From an uncultured Bacilli bacterium (GTDB lineage: Bacteria; Bacillota_I; Bacilli_A; RF39; UBA660), in NCBI GenBank assembly GCA_944368875.1, contig CALVXF010000009.1, forward strand, positions 1 through 34,414: 34,414 nt of DNA, written 5' to 3'. The notes under the pieces were generated by a model. The model was not told where the DNA came from. It ran no database searches and was given only the letters and a program-made list of their open reading frames with translations. Positions 18,280-27,274 of this stretch are shown here, one piece after another. A program made the position numbers and the translations under genes. Each line of letters opens with the position of its first letter. The first letter of the stretch is position 1.

Positions 18280-18289
18280 AATTTCCTCC

Positions 18290-20599
18290 TTATTTTATTC
18301 GATCAATACTAACAGCTTCACCACTACGACGACCACAACCTGGACAAACATCACCAATTACACCAACATATCCACATACTGGATCACGATCAACAGGATG
18401 ATTAATTGCTCCATAACCTATACCTGCTTCTTTCATAAGTCTAACAACTTTCATAAAAGCTGGTACATTTAAAGCTGTATCACCATCTAATTCAACATAA
18501 GTAATGTGTCCTCCATTAGTGTAAGCATGATATGGTGCTTCTAATTTTATTTTCTTCTCAATATTAATATTATAATAAACTGGAATATGGAAAGAATTAG
18601 TATAATAATCACGATCTGTAACTCCTTTTATCTTTCCATAAATAGCTTTATCAATATTTATAAAACGACCACTTAAGCCTTCAGCTGGCGTTGCGATTAA
18701 AGAAAAATTAAGCTTGTATTCTTTAGCATACATATCAGCTTTATCACGCATATGTTTAATAATTTTTAAACCTAACTTTTGTGATTCTTCACTTTCACCA
18801 TGATGTTTACCAGTTAAAGCAACTAAACATTCAGCAAGCCCAATAAAACCAAAAGTTAATGTTCCGTGTTTTAAAATACGACGTACTTTGTCAGTTGGTT
18901 TTAATTTTTCACCATCAATCCAAACACCTTGTCCCATTAAAAATGGAAAATTATAAACACGTTTATTACATTGAATTTCAAAACGTTCTAACAACTGATC
19001 TTTAACTAATTCTAATAATTCATCAAGTTCATTAAAGAACCCTTTCATATCAGCTTTGCTGTTGCCATTAACTATACCATATTTGATTCCCAAACGTGGT
19101 AAATTAATAGAAGTAAAACTCAAATTACCTCGCCCAGGCGTAATCGCGCGATCACTATCTGCAACATTAGCTAAAACTCTCGTTCGGCATCCCATATATC
19201 CTACTTCTGTTTTATAATCACCCATCTTATATCCAATCATATTAAATGGAGCATCAATAAAAGAAAAATTAGGAAATAAACGTTTTGCACTTACTTTACA
19301 TGAAAGTTCAAATAAATCATAATTAGGGTCTTCAGGATTATAATTAACTCCCTCTTTTACTTTGAAAATAGAAATTGGAAAAATCGGGGTTTCACCATGA
19401 CCTAAGCCGGCATCTGTCGCTAATAAATAATTTTTAATAACCATTCTACCTTCAGCACTAGTATCAGTACCAAAATTGACTGAAGAAAATGGAACTTGTG
19501 CCCCAGCACGACTATGCATTGTATTTAAATTATGAATAAATGCTTCCATCGCTTGATAAGTTATACGATTAGTTTTAACCAAAGCTTTCTCATAAGCTTT
19601 CTTAATAATATTCCAAACTTCCAAACTGCCTTTAGTATATGGCTCTAAAACACTAAGATCACTTTCAATCGAAGTAAATTTATCAATTTCTTTAGCCAAA
19701 CGATCCATATTAATAAAATTGATAAAACCACTATAATCTAATAGATCATATATATGTTGTTTAAATTGTTTTTTAAAAGTTTTTAAAACCCCTGGTGCCA
19801 TAAAATAATCAAAAGCAGGAAGTGCTTGACCACCATGTTGATCATTTTGATTAGCTTGGATAGCAATTGCAGCTAAAGCCCCGTATGACATAATATCATT
19901 AGGTTCACGTAGATGACCATGTCCTGTAGAAAAACCATTTTCAAATAATTTATTTAAATCTATTTGACAGCAAGTTGTAGTTCCCATAGGTAGAAAATCC
20001 ATATCATGAATATGAATCGCCCCAGTTTCATGAGCTTCTGCAAATTTAGCTTTCATCAAATAAGCTTTGGCAAATTCTTTTGAAATAGTACTACCATATT
20101 GCAACATAGTTCCCATGGCTGTATCACCATCGACATTGGCATTTTCTCTTTTTAAATCTTCTTCACGCGCTGTTTTCAAACCCAAGCCTTCAATTGTTTT
20201 TAAAAACTTATGTTGTTTCTTATCATCAAAAAACATTTTACGTGATTGATTACGACGTTCACGATATGCACTAAACGATTCATAAACATCAAAATATTTT
20301 AATTTTTGAAGTTGTTCCTCAATCATGTCTTGAATATCTTCAATTTTGATTCTGGCATTTGCTTCATAGTTTTTTTCAATATTCATAATGACGGCATCAT
20401 AGACTTTATTAATATCTTTTTCTGTATACATACTACCAGTTGTAGCAAGTTCCGTATTAGGATCATCATCATGTAAAATTACAGAGTCAAACCCTTTTTT
20501 AATAGCTAAAGCTATTTTAGTCCCATCAAATTCTACTTTTTTGCCATTTCTTTTAATGACTGTTAAAGTTTCCAAAATATTTTTCTCTAAAGTTTTCAT
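18290..20599 (-). CDS. nrdD: Class III (anaerobic) ribonucleoside-triphosphate reductase, large fragment lacking the glycyl-radical loop
   Basis: ATP cone (VIKRNG..FD..KI), ENAN, IHIHD, TTTCC, GGQ, RAGAQVPFSS, FP, YMGCRT, GRGNLSFTSINLPR, TPAEG, YYTNSFH, GGHI, DPVC..CPGC. ATG 20599 with GGAGGT RBS. Confidence 0.96.
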   Translation of the reverse strand: MKTLEKNILETLTVIKRNGKKVEFDGTKIALAIKKGFDSVILHDDDPNTELATTGSMYTEKDINKVYDAVIMNIEKNYEANARIKIEDIQDMIEEQLQKLKYFDVYESFSAYRERRNQSRKMFFDDKKQHKFLKTIEGLGLKTAREEDLKRENANVDGDTAMGTMLQYGSTISKEFAKAYLMKAKFAEAHETGAIHIHDMDFLPMGTTTCCQIDLNKLFENGFSTGHGHLREPNDIMSYGALAAIAIQANQNDQHGGQALPAFDYFMAPGVLKTFKKQFKQHIYDLLDYSGFINFINMDRLAKEIDKFTSIESDLSVLEPYTKGSLEVWNIIKKAYEKALVKTNRITYQAMEAFIHNLNTMHSRAGAQVPFSSVNFGTDTSAEGRMVIKNYLLATDAGLGHGETPIFPISIFKVKEGVNYNPEDPNYDLFELSCKVSAKRLFPNFSFIDAPFNMIGYKMGDYKTEVGYMGCRTRVLANVADSDRAITPGRGNLSFTSINLPRLGIKYGIVNGNSKADMKGFFNELDELLELVKDQLLERFEIQCNKRVYNFPFLMGQGVWIDGEKLKPTDKVRRILKHGTLTFGFIGLAECLVALTGKHHGESEESQKLGLKIIKHMRDKADMYAKEYKLNFSLIATPAEGLSGRFINIDKAIYGKIKGVTDRDYYTNSFHIPVYYNINIEKKIKLEAPYHAYTNGGHITYVELDGDTALNVPAFMKVVRLMKEAGIGYGAINHPVDRDPVCGYVGVIGDVCPGCGRRSGEAVSIDRIK

Positions 20600-20628
20600 C
20601 TTTACCTCCGTTTGCATCTTTCACTTCC

Positions 20629-20657
20629 ATTATGATACTATTTTAGATACTTGTCAA
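20629..20657 (-). promoter_or_regulatory. Sigma-A promoter of the nrd operon
   Basis: TTGACA (20657-20652)-N17-CATAAT (20634-20629). Confidence 0.7.
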
Positions 20658-20667
20658 TAGTTTTTTT

Positions 20668-20681
20668 CAAACGTTTGTTCG
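20668..20681. promoter_or_regulatory. Candidate LexA (SOS/Cheo) box
   Basis: Minus strand CGAACAAACGTTTG versus Bacillus consensus CGAACRNRYGTTYC (13 of 14). Confidence 0.5.
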
Positions 20682-20974
20682 CACTTTACAGATATCGCTT
20701 GAAATTCAAAGAAAAACGAAAATAATTTTTTTTAGTTTTTTTATTTTTTTATTTTTTTCTATTTTATTTCGTTACTTATTAGTTAATTTTTCTTATAAGC
20801 CCTTGTTTTTAAAAGAAATTAACTACCAGGTAACAAAATTAAAAAAATCTAAATTTTAATATTTTTTAAAAATTAGTTTTAAAAAAAAACGATTTTTTTC
20901 AAAAAAATCATGACATCTAACTTATCAAATACACATATAATTATATAGTTTTTAAAAAGAGAGGAAATTAGTAT

Positions 20975-21373
20975 ATGAACAATCTTTCTACTGATAATAT
21001 AAACGAACAAATAGACTTTCTTTTTCTAAAACAAATCTTTTTAACAATAGCTTTTATTATTTTTACAACTCTTTCATTAAGTGTCTTATATGATGCTTAT
21101 TTAAAATTTCAAAAAAAACCTGGTTTATATAAAAGTGAAGATGTTCAAAGTATAATTATCATAATTAGATTAGTTATTTTATTAATTACAATAGGCTTTT
21201 TTATAAATAGTTATAGAGGAATTATAATAGCTAAACAAATTGGACGCTATAACTATAATTTACTCTTACAACTAATAAGTTCTTTTATAACTATATTACC
21301 TGCAATTATTGCGGTTTATGTTGCTTTTAACAGTAATAGTGAATTCGTCCAAAGTTTCAATCCTGAGACATAA
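20975..21373 (+). CDS. Hypothetical three-TM membrane protein
   Basis: 132 aa, GAGGA RBS, three hydrophobic stretches; CATATAAT (20934-20941) upstream resembles a mother-cell sigma -10. Confidence 0.8.
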   Translation: MNNLSTDNINEQIDFLFLKQIFLTIAFIIFTTLSLSVLYDAYLKFQKKPGLYKSEDVQSIIIIIRLVILLITIGFFINSYRGIIIAKQIGRYNYNLLLQLISSFITILPAIIAVYVAFNSNSEFVQSFNPET

Positions 21374-21397
21374 AAACAAGACTTCAGTCTTGTTTTT
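21372..21397. terminator. Bidirectional terminator between the 20975 gene and nrnA
   Basis: AAAAACAAGAC-ttca-GTCTTGTTTTT. Confidence 0.8.
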
Positions 21398-22358
21398 CAT
21401 TGCTTTTATATTTTTCACATTCCGAATCTAAATCTACGATTAACTCTTCTAACTCATCTTCGTTATTTAATCTAACACCACTTGCCATAACATGACCACC
21501 GCCGTTATATTTACTGGCAACTTCATTAATAATAGGTCCCCTACTTCTTATTGAACCACGTATATTATTATTTTGTTTATCAACTGTGAATATCGCCCAA
21601 ACTAAAATTTCATCGATATAATTAAATTCACTAACCATATTACGTGCAGTAGCAGCATCAACACCAAATTTAGTTAATGCCTCTTCTTCAACTAGGATAT
21701 AAGCAAGGCCATTTTCACTAACCTTAAAATTATCCACAATATAACTTTGAAACTTCTTTTCTTTTAAAGAACGCATATATAAAGACTCATATAAGCCAGT
21801 TATATCAATCTTAGTATCACTAATTAAACGCGCTATAATACCAAAAGTTTTGGGTGTCGTATAATAAAACAAAAAGCGATTAGTATCAGCTACAACCCCA
21901 ATATATAACTTTTCAGCAGCTTCCTTGGTCATAACTAATTTAGAGTTGAAAACTAACTCAATTATCATTTGACTGGCACTACTAGCTTTATCATCTATCC
22001 ATTCTAAATCACAAGTCTTCTCAACAAAAGGATGATGATCAATCTTAATCGAATAAGCAAAATCACGAGGATTTGCGCCATCTATTCTTTTAAAATCTGG
22101 GGTATCTGTAACAATAAGTAAAGCATCAGAAATATCTTCTGGTATTTTATCTAAAGCACCAATATACTTAAAGCGACTAGCTGGAAAACCAATCGTATAT
22201 ACTTTCTTATTGGAAAAAGTATTTAAAATAATATCTCGAAGCGCAATACTACTTGCTAAAGCATCAGGATCTGCTCCAACATGACGAGCAATAACAATTT
22301 TATCATATTGTTTTATCTTTTTATAAATTCTTTTATATATATTATCTTTCAAAAACAC
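21384..22358 (-). CDS. nrnA: Bifunctional oligoribonuclease/pAp phosphatase (DHH/DHHA1)
   Basis: RHVGADPDA, IDHH, ADT.RF, SIRS, GGGH..ASG motifs. Confidence 0.92.
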   Translation of the reverse strand: MFLKDNIYKRIYKKIKQYDKIVIARHVGADPDALASSIALRDIILNTFSNKKVYTIGFPASRFKYIGALDKIPEDISDALLIVTDTPDFKRIDGANPRDFAYSIKIDHHPFVEKTCDLEWIDDKASSASQMIIELVFNSKLVMTKEAAEKLYIGVVADTNRFLFYYTTPKTFGIIARLISDTKIDITGLYESLYMRSLKEKKFQSYIVDNFKVSENGLAYILVEEEALTKFGVDAATARNMVSEFNYIDEILVWAIFTVDKQNNNIRGSIRSRGPIINEVASKYNGGGHVMASGVRLNNEDELEELIVDLDSECEKYKSNEKQD

Positions 22359-22398
22359 AATATCACACTTTCTACTAAAGCAATTATAACAAATAATT

Positions 22399-22430
22399 AA
22401 AAAAAAAGGAATGCCAACTCATTCCCTTTT
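22399..22430 (-). terminator. Intrinsic terminator after ackA
   Basis: Minus strand GGAATG-agttgg-CATTCC followed by a long T-run. Confidence 0.75.
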
Positions 22431-22444
22431 ACAAAATTATACTC

Positions 22445-23620
22445 TTAAACTAAAGCGTATGTGTCGCGAGCAATCATAAGTTCCTCATCAGTTGGAATAA
22501 TATAGCATGGTATTTTAGAATCACTAGTTGTAATTAAAGTTTCCTTACCACGAACATTATTAGAATCAGGATCCGCAATAACACCTAATACTTTTAAACC
22601 ATCCATAACTTCACGACGAGTTGAAGCAGAATTTTCACCAACACCAGCTGTAAAGATAATCGCATCGCATCCTTCAAGTTCAACATAGTATTTAGCAATA
22701 TAATCAATGATTCTTCTAACATACATCTTTTGAGCAAGTAGACATCTTTCATTGCCTTTGTGGATACCTTCTTCGATATCACGAGAATCACTACTAACAC
22801 CACTTATTCCAAGAAGACCACTTTGTTTATTTAAAGCTGTATCCATTTCTTTAGGACTCATCTTTGTTTTTTCCATAATATAAGGCACAATTGTTGCATC
22901 GATATCACCACAACGACTACCCATAATTAAACCTGCATTAGGCGTTAAACCCATTGATGTATTAACACATTTGCCATCTTTAACCGCACTAATACTAGCT
23001 CCATTACCAATATGACAAGTAATTAACTTAGTATTCATACGACCTAAAATTTCATTTGCGCGTAAAGCTACATATTTATGACTAGTTCCATGAGCACCAT
23101 ATCTTCTTACTTTATAGTCAGTATACCATTCATATGGAACAGCATACAAATATGTCTCTTCTTCCATAGTTTGATGAAAAGCCGTATCAAATACAACTGT
23201 TTGTACTGCATTTGGAACAACTTCCTGAGCTGCACGAATACCAACAATCGCTGCTGGATTATGAAGAGGCGCTAAAGCACTTAATTCATCAATTTTGGCA
23301 ATTACATCTTCATCAACAACAACTGTCTTATCGAAATAGGCTCCTCCTTGGACAACACGATGACCAATTCCTTTGATTTCATCTAAAAATTTGACAACTT
23401 GATTTGATTTTAATTCATCGATTAAAATTTCAAAAGCCACTTTATGATCTTTAAGTTCTACTTCTTTTTTTATTTTTTCGCCATTAATTTTAATCGTATA
23501 AAAACTTCCTTCAATACCAATACGTTCAAAAACACCTGATATTAATACCTTTTCTTCGGGCATTTCATACATTTGAAATTTCAAAGATGAACTACCACAA
23601 TTAACTGATAATATTTTCAT
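22445..23620 (-). CDS. ackA: Acetate kinase
   Basis: NCGSSSLK, GHRVV, APLHNP, FDTAFH, RYGAHGTSH, HIGNGAS, FTAGVGEN, PTDEE. Confidence 0.98.
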   Translation of the reverse strand: MKILSVNCGSSSLKFQMYEMPEEKVLISGVFERIGIEGSFYTIKINGEKIKKEVELKDHKVAFEILIDELKSNQVVKFLDEIKGIGHRVVQGGAYFDKTVVVDEDVIAKIDELSALAPLHNPAAIVGIRAAQEVVPNAVQTVVFDTAFHQTMEEETYLYAVPYEWYTDYKVRRYGAHGTSHKYVALRANEILGRMNTKLITCHIGNGASISAVKDGKCVNTSMGLTPNAGLIMGSRCGDIDATIVPYIMEKTKMSPKEMDTALNKQSGLLGISGVSSDSRDIEEGIHKGNERCLLAQKMYVRRIIDYIAKYYVELEGCDAIIFTAGVGENSASTRREVMDGLKVLGVIADPDSNNVRGKETLITTSDSKIPCYIIPTDEELMIARDTYALV

Positions 23621-23628
23621 AAAACCTC

Positions 23629-24162
23629 CTATAATTCATATTCTTCAATTCGGCCATTAGCCGCTTGATAACTAGTCATATCACCATCACTAGGAATACC
23701 ATTAAAATAATAATATAATATCCTACATATTCCACTATGTGTTGTAATTAAAACTGTTTTATCACTATAATCTTTTTTTAACATCCGAAGAAAACTAACA
23801 ATTCGATTATATAAATCGCCAACACTCTCAGCTTTTTGATATTCTTTATTCAATTCATAATTCCAATATTCATATAAATTGATAGTTCTTCGATCAAGAC
23901 CTTCAAACTCACCATGATTACGACTGCGCAAACGATCATCACATATAATTGGAATTTTACCATCACTAATAATCTTAGCCGTATCTAAAGCACGAGCTTT
24001 AGGCGATGAGAAAATAACATCGATTTTTACATCTTTTAATTTATCACGAGCACTACGTGCCTGTTCTATTCCCTTTTCATTTAATTGTGTATCCATATTT
24101 CCTTGCATGATCTTACCAATATTTTCATTAGTTTGACCATGTCTTACAACATATAACTTCAT
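23629..24162 (-). CDS. Histidine phosphatase family protein
   Basis: RHGQT, SSPKARA, ES, THSG motifs. Confidence 0.92.
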   Translation of the reverse strand: MKLYVVRHGQTNENIGKIMQGNMDTQLNEKGIEQARSARDKLKDVKIDVIFSSPKARALDTAKIISDGKIPIICDDRLRSRNHGEFEGLDRRTINLYEYWNYELNKEYQKAESVGDLYNRIVSFLRMLKKDYSDKTVLITTHSGICRILYYYFNGIPSDGDMTSYQAANGRIEEYEL

Positions 24163-25631
24163 TAATCCTTCTTACGCATCAAAGGGAACATAATAACATC
24201 TTTAATATTTTCTGAATTAGTTAAAATTTGAAGTATACGATCAATACCCATACCCCAACCAGAAATTGGTGGCATACCATATTCCATAGCTTCAATATAC
24301 TCATAATCCATAGGCATAGCCTCAACATCACCTTTGGCTTTTAATTCAGCTTGTTTAAGTAAACGCTTTTCTTGTTCTTGAGGATCAACCAATTCGGAAT
24401 ATGCATTGATTATTTCAGCACCATTAATAATTAATTGGAAGCGATCAGTAAGATTTTTATTCTCATCATTAGCACGTGCTAAAGGTGATAATTCAATTGG
24501 ATGTTTAATTAAATAAACTGGACCTAAAACATTAGGACGAGCCACCTTTTTATATAATTGATCAACTAAATTACCATAACCTAGATCTTCTAATGGCACT
24601 TCAGAATCAATTTCAATATTTTCTTCTTTAATCTTTTTAAGTAAACTTTCTTTTGTATTATAAACATCAATATCAATATTAGAATATTTTAAAATCAAAT
24701 CTCTAAATGATATAGCTGGCCAATTACCACTTAAATCAATTTCTTTATCATCAATAGTTAAAACTAAAGTTCCAAATAATTTTTGAATAATCGTTTGTAA
24801 CATATTTTGTAAAAAAACCATATTATCTTCGTAATTCAAATAAGCACCATATCCTTCGATCATCGTAAAATCTTGAAGATGGGTAGCATCCATTCCTTCA
24901 TTACGAAAACAACGCGCTATTTCATACACTTTGGTAAAGCCCCCAACAACGGCTCTTTTTAAATAAGTTTCAGGTGCAATACGTAAATATAGATCAACAT
25001 CTAAAGCATTATGATGTGTAATAAATGGTTTAGCTGTTGCGCCACTTGCTTTATTGTTTAAAACTGGTGTCTCAATTTCAATATAACCAGCTTCGTTTAA
25101 ATAATTACGTAGCTCCTTAATAAAATTAGAACGCAATAAAAATTTCTTTCTTGATTCTTCAGATGTAATCAAATCTAGATAACGTTCACGATAAATAGCT
25201 TCAACATCAGTTAAACCATGAAATTTTTCAGGAAGAGGTTTTAAAGCTTTACCTAAAAAAGTATAACTATTTGCTCTAATTGTTTTCTCACCAGTATGAG
25301 TTGTAAAAGTTTCTCCCTCAACACCGATAAAATCACCTAAATCAATATGTTTTTTGAAAAAATCATAAGCTTCTTCACCAACCATATCGATTTTGATTGA
25401 TACTTGAATTCGACCATTGATATCTTGTAAAGTCAAAAAAGAAAGTTTCCCCATCTTACGCATTAAAACAATACGACCGGCTACTTTAACATCCTTGATG
25501 CCATCTTCTAACTTCGCCGCATCACATAATTCATAATTGCGAACAAAACGTTCAGGATAAGGATTAATTACTTTTTTCATTTCTTCTAAAGTTTCTCTTC
25601 TAACTATTTCTTGTTCACTAAATTCTCGCAT
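24162..25631 (-). CDS. lysS: Lysine--tRNA ligase (class II)
   Basis: OB fold (AGRI...RKMGK), PLPEKFHGL, YLRIAPE, FRNEG, motif 3 GMGIDR; ATG 25631 after GAGGTG (GTG 25640 is an alternative). Confidence 0.98.
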   Translation of the reverse strand: MREFSEQEIVRRETLEEMKKVINPYPERFVRNYELCDAAKLEDGIKDVKVAGRIVLMRKMGKLSFLTLQDINGRIQVSIKIDMVGEEAYDFFKKHIDLGDFIGVEGETFTTHTGEKTIRANSYTFLGKALKPLPEKFHGLTDVEAIYRERYLDLITSEESRKKFLLRSNFIKELRNYLNEAGYIEIETPVLNNKASGATAKPFITHHNALDVDLYLRIAPETYLKRAVVGGFTKVYEIARCFRNEGMDATHLQDFTMIEGYGAYLNYEDNMVFLQNMLQTIIQKLFGTLVLTIDDKEIDLSGNWPAISFRDLILKYSNIDIDVYNTKESLLKKIKEENIEIDSEVPLEDLGYGNLVDQLYKKVARPNVLGPVYLIKHPIELSPLARANDENKNLTDRFQLIINGAEIINAYSELVDPQEQEKRLLKQAELKAKGDVEAMPMDYEYIEAMEYGMPPISGWGMGIDRILQILTNSENIKDVIMFPLMRKKD

Positions 25632-25641
25632 ATTTTTCACC

Positions 25642-26238
25642 TCATCTATTTTTGATTACACTAGTATGCGCTAGCATATCATGTAAACCTCGTTTATCAC
25701 GTCTATATATTACCATAAAAGCACTAAGAATTACTAGTAAAAACTGCATAAAACTTAAAAATAATATAATCCAAAAATAAAACATTATTGGAGTTATATA
25801 GAGTAAAGATAAAGAAATTAACATATAAGCTAAACTTGTCGTAATAAAATTTCTAATTACCAAATTATTCAAACTCAATAATTCACCATCATCACGCACT
25901 ACTTTAATTTTTAAAATACGTTTGCCAATACTCATTCCATCATTGAAATAGGGAATAACAATAAAAAAACCGATAATAACAAAAGCATTAACTACATTGT
26001 ATATCGCATTATTGCGATCAATATCTTGCGCGATTGAAGCATATTCCCCAAAATAAGTATCAAAACTTATTTCATTATTTAAAACACGACTAGTTAATTC
26101 ATCGATTTCCGCATTTAAAACCTTGACTTTATCTTGATTGAAATCAACAAATGTAGCAATTAAACTAGTAACTAAAAAAACTATCCACACATCAATAATA
26201 TAAGCACCTAAACGTTCTTTAAAACTAGCATATTCCAT
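25642..26238 (-). CDS. RDD family membrane protein
   Basis: ASFKERLGAYIID, G.SIGKR.LKIKVV, RGLHD.LA.T.V. Confidence 0.92.
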   Translation of the reverse strand: MEYASFKERLGAYIIDVWIVFLVTSLIATFVDFNQDKVKVLNAEIDELTSRVLNNEISFDTYFGEYASIAQDIDRNNAIYNVVNAFVIIGFFIVIPYFNDGMSIGKRILKIKVVRDDGELLSLNNLVIRNFITTSLAYMLISLSLLYITPIMFYFWIILFLSFMQFLLVILSAFMVIYRRDKRGLHDMLAHTSVIKNR

Positions 26239-27202
26239 TTTCCTTTATCTCCTTTACTATTTTTATAATATCTTCTTTAGTTGTTGCTTGAAAAAATTTC
26301 TTCTTATAGTCATTCATCCCACTAATACCTTTTAAATACCATGCAGCATGACTACGAAGTTCTAAAATTGCAACTTTCTCTACTTTAAAAGCAAGCAAAT
26401 AATCCATATGTTTTAAAATCATATCTAATCTTTCTTGTAAACTAATTTCTTTAGGTTCTATACCTTTTTCTAAATAATCGATACATTCTTTAATTAACCA
26501 TGGATTTCCTAAAACACCACGCCCAATCATCACAGCATCACATCCAGTAAAATCAAGCATTCTTTTGGCATCATAACAGCTCTTAATATCGCCATTGCCT
26601 ATAACAGGAATACTAACACTTTCTTTAACAGCTTTAATAATATTCCAATCGGCTTTACCACTATATCCTTGGCTACGTGTTCTTCCATGAATAGTTATCG
26701 CAGATGCTCCTGCTTCTTCACATACTCTAGCAATCAGAGGCGCGTTAATACTATTATTATCCCAACCACTACGAATTTTAACTGTCACCGGAATAGGAAC
26801 ACTTGAAACAACACTTTTAACTATCTCATATACTTTACGAGGATCTTTTAGTAAAGCACTACCTGCTTGACTTTTTAAAGCCACTTTAGGAACAGGACAC
26901 CCCATATTAATATCAATAATATCTGGATGCATATTCTCATAAATATACTTAGCCGCAATAACAAAACTTTCTTTGTCACTACCAAAAATCTGTTGACTAA
27001 TAGGTCTTTCATCTTCTGTCATATAAAGCATGTCAATAGTCTTCTTACTACCATACATAATCGCTTTATCACTTACCATCTCACAAGTAATAAGGCCACA
27101 ACCCATCTGTTTTATGATTCTACGATAAGCATTATTACAAATGCCTGCCATAGGTGCGAGAACAATTCTATTTTTAATTTCTACATCCCCTATTTTCCAC
27201 AT
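26225..27202 (-). CDS. dusB: tRNA-dihydrouridine synthase B
   Basis: LAPMAG, QIFG, IDINMGCP, VTVKIR.GW, HGRT, NGDI, MIGRG..GNPW; start MWKIG at 27202. Confidence 0.96.
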   Translation of the reverse strand: MWKIGDVEIKNRIVLAPMAGICNNAYRRIIKQMGCGLITCEMVSDKAIMYGSKKTIDMLYMTEDERPISQQIFGSDKESFVIAAKYIYENMHPDIIDINMGCPVPKVALKSQAGSALLKDPRKVYEIVKSVVSSVPIPVTVKIRSGWDNNSINAPLIARVCEEAGASAITIHGRTRSQGYSGKADWNIIKAVKESVSIPVIGNGDIKSCYDAKRMLDFTGCDAVMIGRGVLGNPWLIKECIDYLEKGIEPKEISLQERLDMILKHMDYLLAFKVEKVAILELRSHAAWYLKGISGMNDYKKKFFQATTKEDIIKIVKEIKENGIC

Positions 27203-27239
27203 AAAATCACCACCACAATTATAACATAACTTTCTAAAC

Positions 27240-27258
27240 AAAAAAAGGCATAGCCTTT
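27240..27258 (-). terminator. Terminator after the phosphodiester glycosidase gene
   Basis: AAAAGGC-ata-GCCTTTT; short stem. Confidence 0.55.
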
Positions 27259-27274
27259 TATAAAATAAACCATT

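Noticed and set aside
18280-18292. nrdD break as stop read-through, frameshift error or pseudogene
   Set aside because: Downstream ORF is not in frame, has a perfect SD and a dedicated leader, and all catalytic motifs are intact. Read-level confirmation is still needed.
20690-20910. AT-rich gap as replication origin, CRISPR array or riboswitch
   Set aside because: No DnaA-box cluster, no repeat-spacer periodicity and no recognisable riboswitch motifs.
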